Assembly (NCBI GenBank): GCA_051313645.2
Contig: JBNRSN020000003.1
Location: 530,038,001 to 530,102,000, forward strand
Reading direction: 5' to 3'
Source of the DNA: Centroscyllium fabricii
Lineage: Eukaryota
Length of the DNA stretch: 64,000 bases
Positions 48,940 through 62,507 of the stretch are shown one piece after another; within the stretch, counting starts at the first letter, position 1, and the number at the start of each line of letters is the position of its first letter. A model generated the notes under the pieces. That model ran no database searches and had not been told where the DNA came from. It saw only the letters and a program-made list of their open reading frames with translations. The position numbers and the translations under genes are program-made.

Positions 48940-49782
48940 CACGAAAGGAGCCCCGGGGTGGGGTGGTTGGCTGAAGATTGTCGGAATGATGGAAAGATGG
49001 AATGGCGGCGCGCACAGACGCAGCGGCTTTGCTGGACTCTTGGGAGCTTGCAAGATCACATTTCGTTGTTCATGTACTTGTACACTGTATAATGACAATA
49101 AAGTTGAATTATTATTATTATTGAATTACTTGCACACTCCCTTGTCTGCAAAGGAATGCTTTTGCACCTCCCTTTACTGACTGTTGAGCATGAATACCGA
49201 AGGCAGTCAGTCAGCCTAACCCTGCATCCAGTATGGACGGAGAAACACAGCATAGGGCACATTTCCCTCATTGTAATGTCATTTGCGGGCAGGAGCATTT
49301 TATGCCGCCAGACCGACCCTGTGGAAAGGGGCATGTGGTAAGTTGGTGAGACAGTGGAGTGCATTCTCAAATCTACCATAAAACTGGAGGGATGGAGCCA
49401 GAAAACGTAGGCGCCAGTGTCCATTTCAGAATTGAATTGGTAGAGGCTTGTCTGCAGGTTAGATAACATTGGAAATACACAATGGCCCAGAAATTCCGTT
49501 CGCAGGCCTCCCGCGGGTGCTTTATTCACTAAATAAACACAGATGTGTCTACTTTCTTGCACTTTGCAGAGTTCCCGTGTAATCCATGCACTACCTCTAG
49601 CTTTCTGCTTCTTCCCACCCGCAAATCGTTACCTCGAGTCCCCAAAGATCTATCTTTAGCCCCTTCCTCCTCTTCATCTACATGCCTCCTCTTGGCGTCA
49701 TCATTCGTAGACATGGGGCCAGTTTTGCTCTCTATTGAGATTAGAAAATCAGCTGCCCATTGAGCATTTGGAGATATGTCTC

Positions 49783-51514
49783 GATCAAACGAGAAGGCTG
49801 AAGCATTTGCAACTATCTTCAGCCAGAAATGCCGAGTGGATGATCCATCTCGGCCTCCTCCTGAGGTCCCCAGCATCACAGATGCCAGTCTTCAGCCCAT
49901 TCAATTCACTCCACGTGATGTCAAGAAACGGCTGAAGACACTGGATACAGCAAAGGCTATGGGCCCTGACAACATTCCGGCAATAGTACTGAAGACTTGT
50001 GCTCCAGAACTAGCTGCGCCCCTAGCCAAGCTGTTCCCGCACAGCTACAACACTGGCATCTACCCAGCAATGTGGAAAATTGCCCAAGTATGTCCTGTTC
50101 ACAAAAAGCAGGACAAATCCGACCCGGCCAATTACCGTCCCATCAGTCTACTCTCAATCATCAGCAAAGTGATGGAAGGTGTCGTCGACAGAGCTATCAA
50201 GCGGCACTTACTCAGCAATAACCTGCTAACTGACGCCCAGTTTGGGTTCCGCCAGGGCCACTCGGCTCCTGACCTCATTACAGCCTTGGTCCAAACATGG
50301 ACAAAAGAGCGGAACACAAGAGGTGAGGTGAGAGTGACTGCCCTTGACATCAAGGCAGCATTTGATCGAGTGTGGCATCAAGGAGCCCTGGCAAAGCTGA
50401 AGTCAATGGGAATCAAGGGGAAAACTCTCCATTGGTTGGAATCATACCTAGCACAAAGGAAGTTGGCTGTGGTTGTTGGAGGTCATTCATCTCAACCACA
50501 GGACATCACTGCAGGAGTTCTTCAGGGCAGTGTCCTAGGCCCAACCATCTTCAGCTGTTTCATCAATGACCTTCCCTCCATCATAAGGTCAGAAGTGGGG
50601 ATGTTTGCTGATGATTGCACACTGTTCAGCACCATTCGAGACTCGTCAGATACTGACGCAGTCCGTGTCCATATGCAGCAAGACCTGGACAACATTCAGA
50701 CTTGGGCTAGCAAGTGGCAAGTAACATTCGCACCACACAAGTGCCAGGCAATGACCATCTCCAACAAGTGAGACTCTAACCATCTCCCCTTGACATTCAA
50801 TGGCATTATCATCGCTGAATCCCCCACTATCAACATCCTGGGGGTTACCATTGATCGGAAACTGAACTGGACCAGCCATATAAATACTGTGGCTACAAGA
50901 GCAGGCCAGAGGCTGGGAATTCTGCGGCGAGTGTCTCACCTTCTGACTCCCCAAAGCCTTTCCACCATCTACAAAGGCACAAGTCAGGAGTGTGATGGAA
51001 TACGCTCCACTTGCCTGGATGAGTGCAGCTCCAACAATACTCAAGAAGCTCGACACCATTCAGGATAAAGCAGGCCGCTTGATTGGCACTCCATCCACCA
51101 CCTTCAACATTCACTCCCTCCACCACCGGCGCACTGTGGCTGCAGTGTGTACCATCTACAAGATGCACTGCAGCAACTCGCCAAAGCTCCTTCAACAGCA
51201 CCTCCCAAACCCGCAACCTCTACCACTTAGAAGGACAAGGGCAGCAGACGCATGGGAACAGCACCACCTACAAGTTCCCCTCCATGCCACACACCATCCT
51301 GACTTGGACCTGTATCGCCGCTCCTTCACGGTCGCTGGGCCAAAATCCTGGAACTCCCTTCCTAACAACATTGTGGGTGTACCTACACCATACGGACTGC
51401 AGCGGTTCAAGAAGGCAGCTCACCACCATCTTCTCAAGGGCAATTAGGGATGGGCACTAAATACAGGCCTAGCCAGTCAGCGACGCCCACATCCCATCAA
51501 TGGATAAAAAAAAA
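49783..51514 (+). mobile_element. CR1-group LINE, 5'-truncated, RT largely intact
   Basis: KAMGPDNIP, YRPISLLS, QFGFR, ALDIKAAFDRV, QGSVLGP, MFADD; A-rich end. Confidence 0.9.
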
Positions 51515-52303
51515 CCACTGAAGGAAGCTCAACACTGCATCTAATCCATGCTTTTCTTGATTTAATAGTCCTCAATACAATCACAGGGTGCCAACGTAAA
51601 TGCTCCATACCAACATTTCTTTCCGTTGCTTCAAATATAAATTATTTTATAAATTGCATTAGAACCTTGAACTCTTAAGATTTTTAAATAATGCTTTGGT
51701 GCATTTCAGCAATGTGCGAAGTTCTATTTTTATTACTAGCAAGGTTGTTTATTGAGACATTTACCAGTAAACAGTACTTAAAATATAATCTATATTAAAT
51801 GAACGCCACTTTCAATTCTTTGGAAACCATGCATTTTATGCATTACAGAAGATGCACACCATAACGAACACCTAATCTTACAAAATTTTGATGGAAAAAG
51901 TTAGCCAAAGCCCAGTACTCTTCTTATAATACAAAGTTTAGAAACGTTCAGCAGACCAGGCTGTAGAATGGATATTGTGGCAGGGGGATTATCTGAGGTT
52001 AGAGGATTGCAAGACTTCATAGATTCCAGGCATTAAAAAGTTAATTTATAAAATACAGGGCAAAGTTCAGTGTAGGAAATTATGAGTAATATAGGTTTCT
52101 CTTAAACCCTCCTATAACTGGAGGGAACCCTGTATTACACCTGTATAGTGAGTAAAAACATGAAGAAATTCTTTGTATTTAAACACAAAATTGTAAGCAA
52201 TGGACATTGAGATGAGCATGACACTATATTAAGAAAACAACAATGATTTTAGTCATCCCTATTTTTTCTTGTTTAATAATGAAGAAGCAATCTAGTTCCT
52301 TAC

Positions 52304-52372
52304 CCATCTCCATCCAAGTGAATCTTTGTGTCACTCCAGAGAGGAAGGATCATTCCTATAGTGCAGGTATTA
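52304..52372 (-). CDS. SSH1: Slingshot exon (69 nt; NTCTIGMILPLWSDTKIHLDGDG)
   Basis: Manual translation, AG/GT boundaries. Confidence 0.96.
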
Positions 52373-53166
52373 CTGGAGAGAGTGAACATTCACCGTTAAA
52401 AATATGATCTGTTCAATAACATGTTATGCATTTGTTTTACGAAAGTACATCTGACATTTCAGTGCAGGCAAACAACCTTATTGCAAATTGCAAAACTAGT
52501 AATCAGAGACTAAATTACTCAAATGAACTGGTTAACAAATTGGGTGGCAGTTAACAACATCTCCAGTGACCAAAAGGACAAGAGCACAAGCCAGATTAAA
52601 TATAGCCGTGTTAACAAGAGAATCCTACACTGAGTTAACAAAAAAACTTGGTGACTTAATTTCCTGATTTCTTTTCTACACAACTTTTGTATCATAAGTG
52701 CTCAAAGAAATAGTTCAGAATGAGGACCTACAATTGCCTTTTCCACCAATATTATCCATTCAAAATAGAAAGCAGTGAATGAAAATAGAAAATGTACCTA
52801 AAACTAGCTGATCTCACATGGCATTCACACAAAATAAAAATAAAAATCTAGACCTCTTCCTTCATCGGTTTCAAATGCACCTCCATCTTCCCCCCCCAAA
52901 TTATCAAAAAAGTGGGGGCATTTTTGAGATTAAGCACTATAACATGCCATGCCTCAATACAGCCTCAGCTCCACCGCCCCCTTGATATTGCCTTTCGGTG
53001 GAGCAATTTGGATGAGGATATTGGGATCCAAGTCTACAACAATGCATATTGCATCAGTATCTTCAATTGTGGACCATAGAAGTTTACAGTACAGAAGGAG
53101 GTCCGTGGTGTCTGTTCTAGCACTTAGCTAGAGCAATTCAAAACTAATCCTACTACCCTGCGCTGT

Positions 53167-53763
53167 CATAAGAACATAAGAAGTAGGAGCAGGAGTAGGC
53201 CAATCGGCCCTTCGAGCCTGCTCCGCCATTCAATAAGATCATGGCTGATCTGATCCTAGCTTCAATTTTATTTTTACTCTCTACCCCGCCCCAACCAATG
53301 TAATCACCTGGGAGAGATGAAAAACCAGACATGGCCGATCTCAACCTAGCCTCACGTCCACTTACCAGCCCGTTCACCATAACCCCTAATTCCCTTTAAT
53401 TCCAGGAAACTGTCTATCTCAGTTTTAAATTTATTTAACGTAGTAGCTTCTACAGCTCTCTGTGGTAGCAAATTCCACAGCCGCACCACCCTCTGAGTAA
53501 AGAAGTTCCCCCTCATCTCAGTTTTAAAATGGGAGCCCTTTATTTTAAGATTATGCCCCCTAGTCCTAGTCTCACCCACCATTGGGAACATCCTCACCGC
53601 ATCCACCCGATCAAGCCCTCTCACAATCTTATATACCTCAATAAGATCGCCCCTCATTCTTCTGAACTCCAATGAGTAGAGGCCCAATCCACTCAGCCTC
53701 TCGTCATATGTTAGCCCCCTCATCCCCGGAACTAACCTAGTGAATCTTCTCTGCACTGCCTCA
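53167..53763 (-). mobile_element. CR1 3' fragment, near-identical to 7592-8188
   Basis: Same ORF2 C-terminus and 3'UTR module. Confidence 0.92.
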
Positions 53764-53957
53764 AGAACTGTCCCCACAGCTCGATCTTCCTTTGCTTCAA
53801 ATATTTATCCAATTTCCTCTTAAAAGATGTAATGGTCTCTGCCCCGTGGGGCTCCAACAACCCTTTGTAAACAAACTTCACTTCACCCCTCTCCTTATTC
53901 ACATGGTCAGTTTTAAATTATGAGCCCTCGCCACTGACTTTCCAGCCAAAGAAAATA

Positions 53958-54814
53958 AGGGGGGGGATTGAGTGGCGCCCCCTTTTGGGCTCTAACCTCG
54001 GCGGGGCGCTACTTTTAGTGCCATGAAAAAGTTTGCGTCGTTCTGCCACAAATTCAGTTGCAGCACCCCAAGCAGGAGGTGGGGCGCTCCTGGAAGCGCT
54101 CCACCTCGTTCCTGGGGCGCTGCAACTGAATTTCTTGGTGCTACGTGCCGCAGCGCCACGCTCCGCGGCGACTACAGGCCTTCCTCCCGTACTTAAAGGG
54201 GAGGGGCCTTGCGCAGCGCGACCCACGGACCAGCTCGGCCACCGGGGATCCGAGTGCCGGCAAAAGAGCACGGCACTCGAGAGAAGTGCTGGGCTCACGG
54301 AGCGCAGCCGGCACTCCGCGGGGGGTGCTGCAGAGGAGGCCGGGGATGGCAGAGGGGGCAGGTGCTGGCAGGCGGCCAACAACAAAAATGGCCGCCCGGC
54401 ACCGCTCCTTTAACTTACAAAAGAACATAAGAAATAGGAGGAGTCGGCCAATCGGCCCCTTGAGCCTGCTCCGCCATTCAACAAGATCATGGCTGATCTG
54501 ATCCTAACCTCAATTTTATTTTTACTCTCCATCCTGCCCGAACCCATGCGATCACCCGGGAGAGGCGAAAAACCAGATAAAAAACCCAGTGGCCAATTTG
54601 GGAGAAAAAAATCTGGGAAATTCCTCTCCGACCCATCTAGGCGATCGAAAACTGGTCCAGATCATCACATCCAGGAGATAACGGCTACTGCCGCCGCCAG
54701 CCTCCCACTGAATTTCACAGGAGGCGTGGGCAGCGCCAGCCCAGGTGCTTTGCGCCCCATCAGCGCCCCTCTTAGGGCGATAACGACTGGCGCAAGCAAC
54801 CCAATTTCTAGCCT
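53958..54814. mobile_element. GC-rich Harbinger-like MITE, inserted in an old CR1 and itself interrupted by a CR1 tail (about 54420-54670)
   Basis: Degenerate TIRs AGGGGGGGGATTG / (rc)AGGCTAGAAATTG; CR1-like sequence resumes on both sides. Confidence 0.6.
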
Positions 54815-55164
54815 ACAGTCTTTCCCTATTCACCCTGCTTCAGTGAAAATAGTCCCATTCTCTCACTTTCCTCACAACTGCCATTTCTCATCCCTGGTGA
54901 ATTTACACTGTACATTCTCAGTGAAATTGTGTTTTTCTCTATAATATGGTGCCTGAAACTGAACACAGTACTCAAACTGTGGTCGAACCAATGCTTTGTC
55001 GAAAGTTATTACTCCTGTGACCTTGTACTTGTGTCCCTATTCACAATTTCCAAATGTAAGGAAAACTGAAAAACTGTGGACTGAGCTTCTGCTATCTCGA
55101 GTTTCAATGGCCTGGAGTGCGTAGCATCAGGACCCTGTGACTTAACTAGTTTGAGTTCTCCTCG

Positions 55165-55610
55165 GTGTCAGCCTTGGCTCAGCGTTAGCACTCTCGCTTC
55201 CGAGTCAGAAGGTCACGGATTAAAGACCCACTCCAGAGACTTGAGAACATAATCTAGGCTGACACTCCAGTGCAGTGCTTTAGGAGGGCTGCACAGTTAG
55301 AGGTGACGTTTTTTTTGAATGGGACATTAAACCAAGGTCTTTTCTGTTCTCTCAGCTGTACGTAAAAGATCCTATGGCACTATTCAGAGCGCTGGGGATT
55401 TCTCCTGGTGTCCTGGCAAACATTTATCCCTCAACGAACATCAAAAAAAGATTATCTGGTTATTTATCTTATTGCTGTTTATGGGAAGGTACTGTGCACA
55501 AATTGGCTGCTACATTTCCCTACATGCCAATGGTATCTTGCACTTCATTTGCTGTGAAGCACTTTGGGATATCCAGAGGTTGTGAAAGGCACTATAGATC
55601 TTTCTTTCTT
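55165..55610 (+). mobile_element. Deu-domain SINE
   Basis: tRNA head and core homologous to the other copies. Confidence 0.72.
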
Positions 55611-56071
55611 GCTAATTCTTCCAGATTCAATTCCTTTGCTACAATTATCTCTAAGAATTGTTCCCTATCCTCTGAAATATCTGCATTGTCACTTCCACTA
55701 TCATTTGTAAAAACAGGCATGAAATATTTAGTCCTTTACAGTTAGATTTGCCCTTTCATCGCTGAGCAGTACCACACTCTCTTCCATCATTCTTTTAGTT
55801 TTAACATACGTAATGTTGTCTTGATTTAATCTAATGAAAATTTTAAATCAATCATTTCTAACCTTCATTTTGCAAACAATGAAAAAAATGTCTTCAGACG
55901 GATCAAAGTAGAACACTAACTCCTAATCACTGAGCTATTTACAGCAGTCAAATTAAGGTTCTCCAACCAAATTTATTTGTAGCTTTATTAAGAGACAATG
56001 TTCAAATGCACTTTTCCATAAAGTGGTAGGGTAACTACTTCACAGGCAATTCTACTCAGTAAATTCCCCAG

Positions 56072-57872
56072 CATAGAATCATAGAATCATAGAAGATAGG
56101 AGCAGGAGAAGGCCATTCAGCCCTTCGAGCCTGCTCCACCATTCAATGAGATCATGGCTGATCTTTAGCAAGCTAGTACCCTGTCCCCGCCTTTTCTCCG
56201 TAACCTTTAATCCCTTTAGCTTGAAGAAATATATCCACTTCCCTCTTGAATATGTTTAATGAACTGGCCTCCACCGCCCTCTGTGGCAAGGAATTCCACA
56301 GGCCCACCACTCTCTGAGTGAAGAAATTCTTCCTCATGTCTGTCCTAAATGGTTTACCCCTTATTCTTAGACCGTGGCCCCTGGTTCTGGACTCCCCCGC
56401 CATTGGAAACATTCTCTCTGAATCTAACCTGTCCAGACCTTTCAGAATTGTATACGTCTCAATGACATTGCCTCTCAATCTTCTAAACTCCAACGAGTAC
56501 AAGCCCAGACTACATAGTCTCTCCTCGTAGGTCATTCCTGCCATTCCAGGAATCAGCCTGGTGAAACGCCGCTGCACTCCTTCCATGGCAAGAACATCCT
56601 TCCTCAGGCGAGGCGACCAGAACTGTACACAATACTCGAGGTGTGGTCTCACCAGTGCCTTGTACAGCTGTAGTAAGGTATCCTTATTCCTATACTCGAA
56701 CCCTCTTGATATGAAGGCCAACACACCATTTGCCTTCCTAACTGCCTGCTGCACCTGCGTGCTCGCCTTCAGCGACTGGTGCACAAGAACACCCAGGTCT
56801 CTTTGCACCTCCCCATCTCCCAATCTATTGCCATTTAAGTAATAATCTACCCTCCTGTTTTTGCCTCCAAAGTGGATAACCTCACATTTATCCACATTAT
56901 AGTGCATCTGCCATCTATCTGCCCAGTCCCCCAACTTATCCAAATCGCCCTGTAACTTCCTGACACCCTCTTCAGAGCCCGCCCCCCCTCCTAGTTTGGT
57001 GTCATCTGCGAATTTGGAGATATTACATTCAATTCCCTGATCCAGATCATTAATATATATTGTAAACAGCTGGGGTCCCAGGACAGACCCCTGCGGTACC
57101 CCACTAGTCACCGGCTGCCACTCAGAAAACGAGCCGTTAATTCCAACTCTCTGTTTTCTATCTGCCAACCAGTTCTCTATCCACATCAAAACTTTGCCCC
57201 CAATCCCATGAGCCTTAATTTTACATGCTAATCTTTTATGTGGAACCTTATCGAAAGCTTTCTGGAAGTCAAGGTACACCACATCTACTGGCTCTCCCCC
57301 ATCTATTTTCCGAGTTACTTCCTCAAAGAATTCCAATAGATTAGTTAAACACGATTTACCTTTTGTAAATCCATGTTGACTCTGTCCGATCTCATCCCTA
57401 ATTGTCAAATGCTCCGAGATTACCTCCTTGATAATGGACTCGAGCATTTTGCCCACTACTGATGTAAGGCTTACTGGTCTATAATTCCCTGCTTTCTCTC
57501 TGCCCCCCTTTTTAAATAGTGGGGTAACATTAGCCACCCTCCAATCCGTGGGTACTGATCCAGAGTCTATCGAGTTCTGGAAAATGATCCTTAAAGCACC
57601 CGCTATTTCCAGGGCCACCTCTTTAAGTACCCTAGGATGTAGATTATCAGGTCCTGGGGATTTGTCGGCCTTCAATCCCTTCAACTTCCCCAAAACCATC
57701 TCCTTAAAAATACTGATATCTGTCAGCCCCTCCCTTGCATTAGACCCTATGTTCGCTGCTATCCCTGGGAGGTTGCTTGTGTCCTCCTTTGTGAAGACAG
57801 AACCAAAATATGAATTTAGTTGGTCTGCCATTTCTTTATTCCCCATTATATATTCCCCTGAATCGGACTGCA
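56072..57872 (-). mobile_element. CR1 LINE, 5'-truncated, with an uninterrupted 566-aa RT/C-terminal ORF
   Basis: KSPGPDNLHP, YRPVSLTS, QHGF, YLDFQKAFDKV, GVPQGSVLGP, KFADD; tail repeats. Confidence 0.95.
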
Positions 57873-57977
57873 TGGTCTACCATAAGCAAGGAACAGAACA
57901 AAAAAATCTAAACATACAGCACAAGACAGCCTAGGACATTCTTGCAGAACTTTTAAAAGATTTGTTATTGAAAGTCG

Positions 57978-59430
57978 TAAGAACTAGGAGCTAGAGTAGG
58001 CCATTTGGCCCTTCGAGCCTGCTCCATCATTCAACAAGATCATGACTGATCTTCCACCTCAACTCCACCTTCCCGCACTATCCCCATATCCCTTAATTCC
58101 CTTCGTCCCCCAAAATTTATCGACCTCTCTTGAACATACTCAACGATTAAGCATCCACAGTTCTCTGAGGTAGATAATTTCAAAGATTCACAACACTTTG
58201 AGTGAAGAAATGTCTCATCTCAGTCCTAAATGGTCTTATTCTGTGACTGTGACCCAGTGTTCTAGATTCCCCAGCCAGGGGAAATATTTTCCCAGCATTA
58301 ACCCGGTCAAGCCCCTTAAGAATTTTATATGTTTCAATTAGATCACCTCTCATTCTTCTAAACTCTAAGGAATATAGGCCTAGTCTACTCTACCTCTCCT
58401 CATAGGGCAATCCCCCCAATCCCAGGAACCAGTCCAGTGAACCTTCTCTACACTCCCTCTAAGGCAAGTATGTTTTTCCTTCGTTAAGGAGACCAGAACT
58501 GTACGCAGTATTCCAGGTGTGGCCTCACCAATGCCCTGTATAATTGTAGTAAGACTTCTTTACTCTTATACTCTAATCCCTTTGTAACAAAAGCTAACAT
58601 ACCATTTAATTTCCTGATTGCTTGCTATACCTGCATGTTAACTTTCTGCGATTTATGTACAAGGACACTCAAGTCCCTCCGAGTGCAAACATTTCCCAGT
58701 CTCTCACCATTCAAAAAATATTCTGCTTTTTTGTTTTTCTTACCAAAGTGGATAACTTCACACTTCCCCACATTGTATTCCATTTGCCATGTTCCTGCCC
58801 ACTCAGTCAACCTGTCTGTATCTCTCTGCAGCCTCTTAGCATCCTTTCCCACCTAACTTTGTATCACCAGCAAACTTGGATATGTTACACTCACTCCCTT
58901 TATCTAAGTCATTTATATAGATTGTAAATAGCCGAGGCCCAAGCACTGATCCTTGCAGTACAGGTACACAACCCTTTATCCGAAAACCTCGGGACCGGGC
59001 GGGTCTCGGATAATTTCGGTTTTGCGAGTTGGTCCAGTGCGCATGCGCAGATCTCATGCGCAATTCAGTGTTTGCGGCCCAGCTCAGTCGGGCAAATGGG
59101 AGATCGGCCATTTTTTTCCTCAGCACAGCATCAACAGCACAAAATCAAGGTAAAAACACATTTTTTCTGCTGCAGCTTAAGGAAAAAATGGTTATTTTGG
59201 CGCAACAGTGGACTTCGGTTTTTGGAGCTTTTCGGTTTTTGGAGTTACGGATAAGGGATTGTGTACCTGTACCCCGCTAGTTACAACCTGCCAACCTGAA
59301 AAAGTCACATTTATTCCTACTCTGTTTTCTGCCCATGAACCAATCCATGCTAATAGATTACCCCCAATACCATGAGTCCTAATTTTGTGTAATAACCTTG
59401 TGTGGCACCTGATCGAATGCCTTCTGAAAA
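57978..59430 (-). mobile_element. Older CR1 fragment, interrupted by a Tigger-like MITE
   Basis: Degenerate ORF2; the [10 protein letters not shown] region is split at 58960/59270. Confidence 0.85.
58961..59269. mobile_element. Tc1/mariner (Tigger-like) MITE
   Basis: TIR CAGGTACACAA, TA on both flanks. Confidence 0.85.
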
Positions 59431-59922
59431 TCCAATCTCTTCCTATTTACATACCTGTAGAAATATTTACATCGGTTTTTATGCCTCTTGCTAATTTACG
59501 CTCATCGTTTCTTCTCTTTCCTGATCAATTTCATGGACCTCCTTTGCGGAATTCTAAAATCCTCAGGCTTACAATTCTTTTTGGTAATGTTATAAGCCTC
59601 TGCCTTTGATCTAATACGATCTTTAATTTCTCTTGTTAGCCACAGTTGGACCACTTTTCTTGTGGGGTTTTTGTGCCTTAAAGGAATGTATATTTGTCAT
59701 CCACAGAAGTAATTTGCCCACCCTTTCAGTGAGGTCATGGGATATGGGGATATATAGGTATAGAGAAGTTGGCAACAGCTAACTGGACCATTCATTGATA
59801 CTAACTAATCAAAATATCAAAACACTTCTTCATGCAAAAGGATAAGGACCTTCTCTTGTCTCCCATTACTTAAATTTTTTCTCCTCCTTCACCTCTGCGC
59901 TGTCCCATCTCCACAAATACGT

Positions 59923-62371
59923 AGCCTGGAATTTTGCGGGGGGGGGGGGGGGGGGTCATCAGGCGCGATCGGTGAGGTGTTTTTTTTTTTACCCCAGCGG
60001 GTCGAGACCCCACTGTCAACTCGTCTCCATTCCCCAATCCCCGATGTCGGATCTGTCAGCGTGGAGCAGACTCGACAGACAGCAGCGGGGGAACCAATTC
60101 AGGTAATTAGTGGCTTGTTTAGAGCCACTTAAGAATGCTCAGGCAGCTCGGGTCGTGAACCACATCTGTCAAGCTGAGGCGGGAGTTCAGTGGCCACTGA
60201 ATCAGCTGCAGAGTTGACAGCTTCAAATGTACAGTAAAAGCTCCCAACCGAGAGATATCTCCCTTCAGCCACAAGCTCTTCCTCACTGCATTTCCACAAC
60301 AGATTCACCATCCTGCACGTCTTTGCACAAGTCTCCATCCAGTCTGACCTCATTACCTCTCTCACCATTGACAGATCGCTTCGGTCATCTCTACTTCACC
60401 TGCCATCTATTCCATCAGCAATGGTGCTCTTTATACTCTCTCACCTTGGTCCTCAGAATCTCACTGTAATCAGCCCCAACACCAGCAGCATCAAGAACAC
60501 CACCAACCTTCTCCACAATCACCTGATGCTGCACAGGACAGAGGGCATCAGTACCCGAGCACATTGCTGCCCGGGAGGCCAGGGATGGCCTCACCATGGC
60601 CAAATTTACTTCACTTGACGCTGTACACCCTGGCTGCCACGTGATGAGTCAGGTTGGCACCACCCCCAACCAACACCATAAAGCCCAAGCCACTCCTTTC
60701 ACACTCACCACCATTTCAGGGGGACCCTTATGTCTCACCATTCACCGCAACTCAATAAACCACTTCCAAAGGTGCCAAGTATTGAAAATAAAGGTTTCAA
60801 TATTTAACAACACATTAACAGAAACTTTACATGAACATTGCATAAAACACCCTAGTGCCTACCCTTGTGTTGTGAGTTGGTATGATTGCACTAGGGTGAG
60901 TGTGAGGTGATAGTGTAGATAGAGAGGGATGGGTGGACATGCAAGGTTAGTTGGTGAGAGTAAGGATGAGCAGGAGTAGGATAGGAAAGGCAGAGTGATG
61001 GAGATGTGAGGAGTGGCACAGCAGGATGAGGTTGAGAGTGGCTTTGTACTAACGTTTTGTGATCTACTGAGATCATTGTACTGTTTGCGGCACTGCACCC
61101 TGGTCCTCCTGACTACATCCCTGCTTGTGCCCTCCTGTGCAATGTGCAACCAGGCTGTGATGATCTCCTAGGGAGGTCTCTTCCGCCCATGGGAAGGGAA
61201 GCGGACATAGAAGATAGGAGCATGAGTAGGCCATTCGGCCCCTCAAATCTGTTCCGCCATTTAATGAGATCATGGCTGATCAACCAAATTCAGTACCCTG
61301 TACCTGCTTTCTCCCCATATCTCTTGATCCCTTTAGCCTTAAGAAATATATCTAACTCCTTCTTGAATATGTTTAATGAATTGGCCTCTACAGCCTTCTG
61401 TGGTAGAGAATTCCACAGGTTCACCATTCTCTGGGTGAAGAAATTCCTCATCTCTGTCCTAAATGGTTTACCCCTTATCCTTAGACTGTAACCCCTGGTT
61501 CGGGACTCGCCTGCCATCAGGAACGTCCTTCCTGCATCTAGTCTGTCTAGTCCTTTTAGAACTTTATAAGTTTCAATGAGATCCCCTCTCATTCTTCTAA
61601 ACTCCTGCGAGTATAAGCCCAATCGACCCAATCTCTCCTCATACGTCATTCCTGCCATCCCAGGTATCAGCCTGGTGAATCTTCGCTGCACTCCCTCCAT
61701 GGCAAGAACATCCTTCCTTAGATAAGGTGACCAAAACTGCACACAATACTCAAGGTGTGGTCTCACCAAGGCCCTGCACAACTGCAGCAAGACATCCTTG
61801 CTCCTGTACTTGAATCCTCTCGCTACGAAGGCCAACATACCATTTGCCTTCTTAACCGCCTGCTGCACCTGCATGCCTACCTTCAGCGACTGGTGCACAA
61901 GGACACCCAGGTCTCGTTGCACTTCCCCTTCTCCCAATTTATTTCCATTCAGATAATAATCTACCTTCCTGGTTTTGCCACCAAAGTGGATAACCTTGCA
62001 TTTATTCACATTATAGTGCATCTGCCATATCACCCAACCTGTCCAAATCATACTGGAGTTTCTCTGCATGCTGTGACTCTCTCCATAAGCATATGGAGGA
62101 AGTCATGGGAGAGCCTGGGTGCAGCCCTGTGCAGTCATTATCAGTGTTTGCAGCACCTCAACGCTGTCGAGCACTGACAGCACAAATGTTAAAATTAATT
62201 TGGACATGGTCCCTTTAAGGAAACCGGCTGATCATTCGTCGTCAAATGATGTCATCAGACCCGCTTCCTCTAATTGGCCAGGAAACACGCTGTACAGTAA
62301 AAGCAATGGGGTAGGGACCCGCCACCAACGTCACCCAGCATGGACTCGCTGAGGTTAGTAAATCCTGGCCT
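59923..62371. mobile_element. Decayed, internally deleted Harbinger with a Myb/SANT remnant on the minus strand, interrupted by CR1
   Basis: WLHIAQEGTSRDVVRRTRVQCRKQYNDL at about 61150-61065; Harbinger-like ends AGCCTGGAATTT / (rc)AGGCCAGGATTT. Confidence 0.65.
61205..62045 (-). mobile_element. CR1 3' fragment
   Basis: ORF2 C-terminus and tail. Confidence 0.9.
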
Positions 62372-62385
62372 TACACACTACATAC

Positions 62386-62507
62386 CTCTCTTTGTTTGCA
62401 AAGTCCATTCCCAGAAGAACATTCTCCTCTGTATCCTGGTGTCCATTAGTATACACAACTACCATGTATCGGATTCGATCAGCTGACATGCTTTCCAGAC
62501 GCACGGC
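62386..62507 (-). CDS. SSH1: Slingshot exon (122 nt; AVRLESMSADRIRYMVVVYTNGHQDTEENVLLGMDFANKES), the most 5' exon found in the window
   Basis: Manual translation, AG/GT boundaries, phase joins the exon at 52372. Confidence 0.96.
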
